Shown piece by piece: positions 57,699 to 64,000 of a DNA stretch of 64,000 bases. Origin of the DNA: the human T2T-CHM13v2.0 reference genome, Homo sapiens; NCBI RefSeq assembly GCF_009914755.1, contig NC_060925.1, one strand, 5' to 3'. The notes beneath the pieces were generated by a model. The model was not told the DNA's origin. It saw only the letters and a program-made list of their open reading frames with translations, and searched no databases. Numbering within the stretch: the first letter of the stretch is position 1; every line of letters starts with the position of its first letter. Both the position numbers and the translations under genes were made by a program.

Positions 57699-58300
57699 TA
57701 GTCACGTGCCACATAAAGACATTTTGGTGATGAAAGATTACATGTAACACAGTGGTCCCATAAAACTACAATGAAGATGAAAATTTTCTATTGCTTAGCT
57801 ATGTTGTAGACATCATAATAGTGCAATTTTTATTTTTATAATAAATTTAGGATAGCACAGGTGTACAGCATTTATAAAGTCTAGAGTAGTGTACAGTAAT
57901 GTTCTAGGTCCCCAGATTCACTCACTACTCACGCACTGAGTCAGCAAGAGCAACCTCTAGTGCTGAAACCTCCATTCATGGTAAGTGCCCTATAGAGGTG
58001 TACCATTTTTATCCTTTATACCACGTTTGTACTGTATTTTTCTATGTTTAGATAAGTTTAGATATACAATGGTAAAAAACTGCCATATTGCCTGTGCTAT
58101 TCAGTACATAGTATACATGTTTATAGCCCAAGTGTAGTAGGCTCTACATAAAACCTAGGAATGTAGTAGGCTATATCATCCAGGTTTGTGTAAGTATACT
58201 CTATGATGCTTGAAGCATAATTACATTTCCTAATGATGTGTTTGACTTACACAAACCTCAATTGTATAGCATGTATCCCCGTTCTTAAGTGATATGGCTG
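57699..58300 (+). mobile_element. Tigger3 derivative (Tigger3c-like, 602 bp) with TA TSD, inserted in antisense L2
   Basis: ta|tagtcacgtgccacataaagac ... gtatccccgttcttaagtgatatggctg|ta; internal gtagtgtacagtaatgttctagg, ccattcatggtaagtgccctata. Confidence 0.85.
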
Positions 58301-61300
58301 TAGTTTGAAAGTGAGTTAGCTTAAAGATTCAACTAAGGTAATTTTCTTTAAAAAAGTTGTAGCCCAGATGAATATATTTTCGGTGAAAACGGCAAAATTA
58401 GATTGAATTTAGAAGTATTTATGACATAGCATTAAAACTGCTTAGTGGTTTATTGGATTAAGAGACATAGTAGATTTAATAAAAGCTAAAAGTTTAGACA
58501 ACTGTTTAAGAAACTTTTACTCTATGCATGGAGATAGAGTGGCTCCTGGCAGGAGTAATAAAAGAGAGGATTATGCATTTAAAGTTGAATTAATTATTGA
58601 AGTATTTTAATACTGATTCAATAAAGTTATTAAAATTAGAGGATGAGATGAAGATACAAACGAGAAAGATACATTTGGATTCAGGTTCCTTGAAGAGTTA
58701 AAAAGGCATGAACTCCAGGGTGTAGGTGAAAAAAGAGACCCTAATCAAAGAAACAGCTCTTCTATTGGTATAAAGAATACAGGAGGAAAGCATGTTGTAC
58801 ATGCTGGTAACTTAGTTGCAAAGAAGTTAAAGGTGTTCTCTCCTGATGGCTGTCATTATTTTCTGTGAAATAGGAGGCAGGACCATCTTCTAAGATGTGG
58901 GAATTAAGGGTCTTAAGTTTAAAAAGGGTAGTGAATATGTAGTCATTGTGGTAAACGAAAAAAAAAATTGACTTTTGACATATTTATAAATAGATTATGC
59001 AATTTTAAGGACTTTTTTTTTAGTGACTATGAGTGTGACACAGCAAGAGTATGTCCAGTAGCTAATATTTCTGGTGGCTTTACATTGAATGAAATGACTC
59101 CTAGACTGGCAGCCATTTTCTATGGAAGGTGAAAGGGGAATGTAGATGAGCAGAAAAAATCTCTAATATTTTTCTAATTACTCTTAATATGGAAAAAAGA
59201 AGACTGAGTGAGAGAGTGTGTAGCCAACATGGGAAAAATATAATGTAAAACTCCTGAGGATAAACAACTCAATTTATTATCCCTCTCCATCGCAGGATTT
59301 AGCAGAGGAAGGAAAAACAAAATTTGTCAATGTCAAAAACAAATTATTTGAAACCTGGTGTCCCCAGAATAGAATAGACCACTCATTCTCAGGATGTATG
59401 CTCATGCAGGTGATTAAAAAAAAAGTTTTTGAAGAAATAGCAGAGTTCAGATTTCAAGAAAAATATTGGACATAGATGTATCAGAAGTCTCTTTGTACCC
59501 CTGACTGGTTATCCTAGGCTACTAAAATGAGAGGGAATTCAAACCAAAGATTTCAAAATCTCACTCAAAAAAGAACAAGTATAATGGTCAGATTTGGTGC
59601 AATGGGAGACAAGAATGTACTCACACTTGATTAAAGCCAAGAGAAGGTTTGAACAGAGCCACTCAATTTGAATGTAAACAGCAACAGCAATATTAACAAC
59701 AGCAAATAATGTAAAATAGGCAAATATATTACAATAAAAAATAAAAGTAGAAATTAGAGTTTAAGAATCTGAAGATACTAAGGGAAAAATTAAGGGGAAG
59801 ACACCCATTTCATGCTTTAAAGAACATAATAACCATAATGATTCTGTAAAGTAAGAGCACCAAGACAAGGCAATAATATAATGAAATCAGATTTTAAATA
59901 GTGAGTTCACAAGGACAGAAAACAAAATAAAAATCAAAATAATACAGTCACAACTAATGTAAAAGAAAATGATTTCAAAATTAGAGAAATTAAAGAAAAT
60001 GTTAATTGATAAGGAGGACAGAGAAAAGCTATTACTCTTTCTAATGAAGAAAATGTAAGTGAAAAAAAATACTCAGATATATTCCAGACTTCTGGGAAAT
60101 ACGGCTATCTGAGGAAATTTAGGTAATGACTTAGATTGTTCCTAAAATTAAGTAAATTCAGTTATATCTGTGTATAAGAGAGACGCTAGAAAATTTAATG
60201 ACACTACAATGCCAAGGGGGTAAAATGCACATTTTTAGGTGTTATTTATGTATTTTTATTCTACATAGGTATGTATTGGAATAATTCAGAAATGTTAAAA
60301 AATAGAATTCATCAGAGTAGCTAGCCATGGTAACCAAGAGTGAAGTACAGCCATCAGTTAAATAAATGTTATTGTTTCTTCCCAACGTTTTCTCTCCAAT
60401 ATACTGGAGAAGAAGGAAAGACAGTATAGAGAAGTAGGGAAGAAAATACATCACTTACTTTGGGTTTAGGGAACATCATGAAAGGTAGCCCATTTAAATA
60501 AGCATTTCCTCATTCTTAAGGAAAATATACTACCTTAATAAACTAGCACAAGTAGATTTAAAATCAAAATTTCCAAAATTTTAGCTTTCTGTTAAAATTA
60601 TTTCCCTTGTTCAGATTTGATGGGTCAAATAAGGTAAGAGTCAAAATCCCTGTATCTTGTCTCCTCACTCCAGGAAGGCATTTTAAACATAAAATAGTGA
60701 ACAGAAATACTATATTCTGGAATGAAGTGTCATACCTTTAGTTAAACTATTATGTCACCACTTCTTACAATCCTATGAACTCTACCCCATGTTTGTTTCC
60801 TTGTATCTAATTATAACCCTTAAATCTGGCTTGATATTACCCTCTTCTTCAACACTCTTTTTGAACATTCTGCTAAATTCTAATTCTAGTTATTATACTT
60901 TGAGTTTTCTTACCATCTCTTCCACCCCGTCTCAGTTTCACAAATGGTCACAAATATCTCCAGCCTGCTTAACACTAACTTATACTTCCTCCACTTTTCC
61001 AATGTGTAGTTCCCAACTTTGACTTACTATCAAAATGCTGAACCTGCCTCATGCCTTTTAATATATATTGAACACCCAAAGGTACCATATTTGGCCCTTG
61101 GTTCAAAATTTGTCATTCTATCAACCCAAATATCCTTTCTATTCAATGAAAAAGACACTTACCTTATTTCTTCACAGCAGATTCTTACTTCAGTCATATT
61201 CTTTCAGTGAGTTTCTCTCTTTATCTGAGACGATGTCGGCACGTTCTGGTTCATAAGTACATCCATTTCGTCCCGCTCAACTATTGTAATATAGACATAC

Positions 61301-62557
61301 ATACACATAATGAATACATTTCTTCAACACTTTTGATTAATCTGTGCTATATTTTGTTATTGAAATATGGTTTTACTATGAAATATGGTTTCTACATTAG
61401 AAGCCTTACAGGGATGCTATTCTCAATAGCCTTTCTTTGGTAGTTTGCAATCACCAATAACTCAGCAGTGTAAACACTGATTTAATGTAATACTGAGTGT
61501 TATTAATGCTGATTTGACTTAATTGGATTTATTTTTTAAAAGATGCAATATCCATCCACAGCAAAATTAATAAATACATTGTGATAATTCATACAATGGA
61601 ATACTAAACAGCAATGAGAATGGAAAACCTTCAATTGCAGCAAAAAATTATGATGACCCTCACAAACTTGATGTACAGCAAGAAAAGTAAGACACAGAAT
61701 AATACATATGATACAATATGATTTCTTTCTTCCTTTTTAAAATTTAGTTTTAATTAAAAAATGGCAATACATATTTATGATATGCAACATTATGTTTTTA
61801 ATAATTTCAATATTTATTCCAGATTCAAGGATACATGCACAGGTTTGTTACATGGATATATTGTGTGATGTTGAGGTTTAGGATATGGTTGATCTCATCA
61901 CCCAAGCAGTGAGCATAGTACCCAATGGGTAGTTTTTCAGCCCATTCCTCCCTGATTCCCTTCCCCCTTTAGTAGTCTATTGCTCTCATTTTTATGTCCA
62001 TGTGTACTTGTGTATGTAAGTAAGAACAGGTAGTAGTTGGTTTTCTGTTCCTGAATTAATTTGCTTAGTACAATGGCCTCCAGCTGCATCCATGTTGCCA
62101 CAAGGGACATGATTTCATTCTTTGTATGGCTGTGTATTATTCCATGGCCTACAGGAACCACATTTTTCAATCCAATTCACCAGTGATGGGCATCTAAGTT
62201 GCCTTTCCTATTGTGAATAGCACTGCAATGAACATACAGGTGCATGTGTCTTTTTAGGAGAAATATTAATTTTCATTTGGGTATATGCCCAAGAATGGGA
62301 TTTCCCAGTTGAAAGGTAGCTCTGTTTTAAGTTCATTAAGAGATCTCCAAACTGCTTTCCATAGTGGTTGAACTAATTTATATTTTAACCAATAGTGTAT
62401 AAGCATTCTCTTTTCTCCATACTCTTGCCAGCATCTGTTATTTTTTGACTTTTTAATAACAGACATTCTTACTGGTGTGAGAAGATATCTCATTGTGATT
62501 TGGATTTGTTTGATGGTTAATGATTATAAAATTTTTTTCTTGTTTGTTGCACTTGTA

Positions 62558-62829
<272 letters not shown>

Positions 62830-62981
62830 ATATGTCTTCTTTTGAAAAGTGTCTGTTCATGTCCTTTGCTGATTTTCATTGGAATTGTATTTTGCTTATT
62901 GAATTGTTTAATTCATTAATTAGTAAATAATAATGAAATGGATTGTTAAATAATTCTGGACATCAGACCTTTGTTAGATGC

Positions 62982-63358
62982 TGTGTTAGTTCTGTCTCAC
63001 ATTGCTAAAAGGAAATACCCAAGACTGGGAAATTTATACAACAAAGAAGTTTAATTGACTCACAGTTATGCACAGCTAGGAAAGCCTTAGGGAACTTACG
63101 ATCATGGCAGAAGGCAAAGGGGAAAAAGGCACCTTATTTACAGGTCAGCAAGAAAGAGAAGGGCAAACAGGGGAAATGGCAGGTGCTTAGACAACCATCA
63201 GATCTTGTGTGACTCATTCACTATCATGAGAATGGCACTGGGGAATGATCCCCATGATAGAGTTACCTTCATCTGTGGTCCCACCCGTGACACGTGGGAA
63301 ATGTGGGGATTATAATTCAAAATGAGATTTTGGATAGGGAAACAGCCAAACCATATAA
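62982..63358 (-). mobile_element. THE1C/D-like MaLR solo LTR with 5-bp TSD
   Basis: tgtgttagttctgtctcacattgct...tttaattgactcacagtt...atcatggcagaaggcaaagg...acagccaaaccatataa; TSD gatgc at 62977-62981 and 63359-63363. Confidence 0.92.
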
Positions 63359-64000
63359 GATGCATGACTTACAAATATTTTCTCTCATTCTGTAGATTGT
63401 TTACTCTGTTGGTAGTTTCTTTTGCTGTGCAGGAGCTCTTCAGTCTAATCAGTCAATTTGTCAATTTTTGTTTTTGTTGCAATTACTTTTGAGGAGTAGC
63501 CAAAAACTCTTTGCCAGAGCTGATATCAAGAAGTATATCTCCTAGGTTTTCTTCTAGTATTTTTGTAATGTGAGGTCTTACATTTAAATCCATTCTGAGT
63601 TACTTTTTGTTTATGGTGAAAGGAAGGGGTCCAGTTTTATTCTTCTGCATATGGCTAACTAGTTATCCCAGCTCAATTTGTTGAATAGGGAATCCTTTAC
63701 CCATTGCTTGTTACCATCAGGTTTATCAAAGATCAACTGGTTGCAGGTGTATCACTTTATCGGTTCTCTATTCTGTTTGATTTATCTATGTATCTGTATT
63801 TTACCAGTGTCATACTGTTTTGGTTACTGTGGCCTTATAGTATAGTTTAAAATCAGCTAGTATTATGCCTTTGGCTTTGTTCTTTTTTCTTAGGATTGCT
63901 TTGGCTATGTGGGCTCTTTTTTTGTTCCATATGAATTTCTATAACATGCAAAAATCAGACAAACCTACCTATCCTTTTAAAAGATAGTAAAATGGCTACT

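Noticed and set aside
59160-60120. Possible HAL1/L1ME ORF1-like relic; also weak L1ME (54500-55270, 61540-61730), L2 (6870-7090) and MIR (1590-1870) traces
   Set aside because: Resemblance too faint to support boundaries or family without an alignment.

Overview
AT-rich, repeat-dense great-ape genomic DNA, most likely human (AluY/S, L1PA2-4, solo LTR12C). It reads as intergenic or deep-intronic sequence: I find no supportable host protein-coding exon, RNA gene or CRISPR. Much of the window is interspersed repeat: seven Alus, L1s of many ages including a near full-length decayed L1MA1/2 (29.2-36.0 kb), a solo LTR12C, a MER4-group ERV1 LTR with leader, ERVL/MaLR relics (LTR16C, MLT1, THE1, ERVL pol-dUTPase), DNA transposons (two MER47A, Tigger3, MER5A), MIR, L2 and CR1. 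The only long ORF (46723-48714, 663 aa) is the C-terminal half of L1 ORF2p. The most unusual structure is the young L1PA2 at about 45.75-48.98 kb, which looks like one composite insertion: candidate TSD, 128 bp foreign DNA, 110 bp L1, ~755 bp foreign DNA containing an ancient CR1/L3 relic, 2.2 kb L1, double A-tail, candidate TSD. The foreign segment replaces the codons around RT Asp600 and supplies an in-frame ATG to the rest of ORF2. All repeat subfamily names come from remembered consensus sequences, not a database search, and edges of old repeats are approximate. I see no convincing new multi-gene system.
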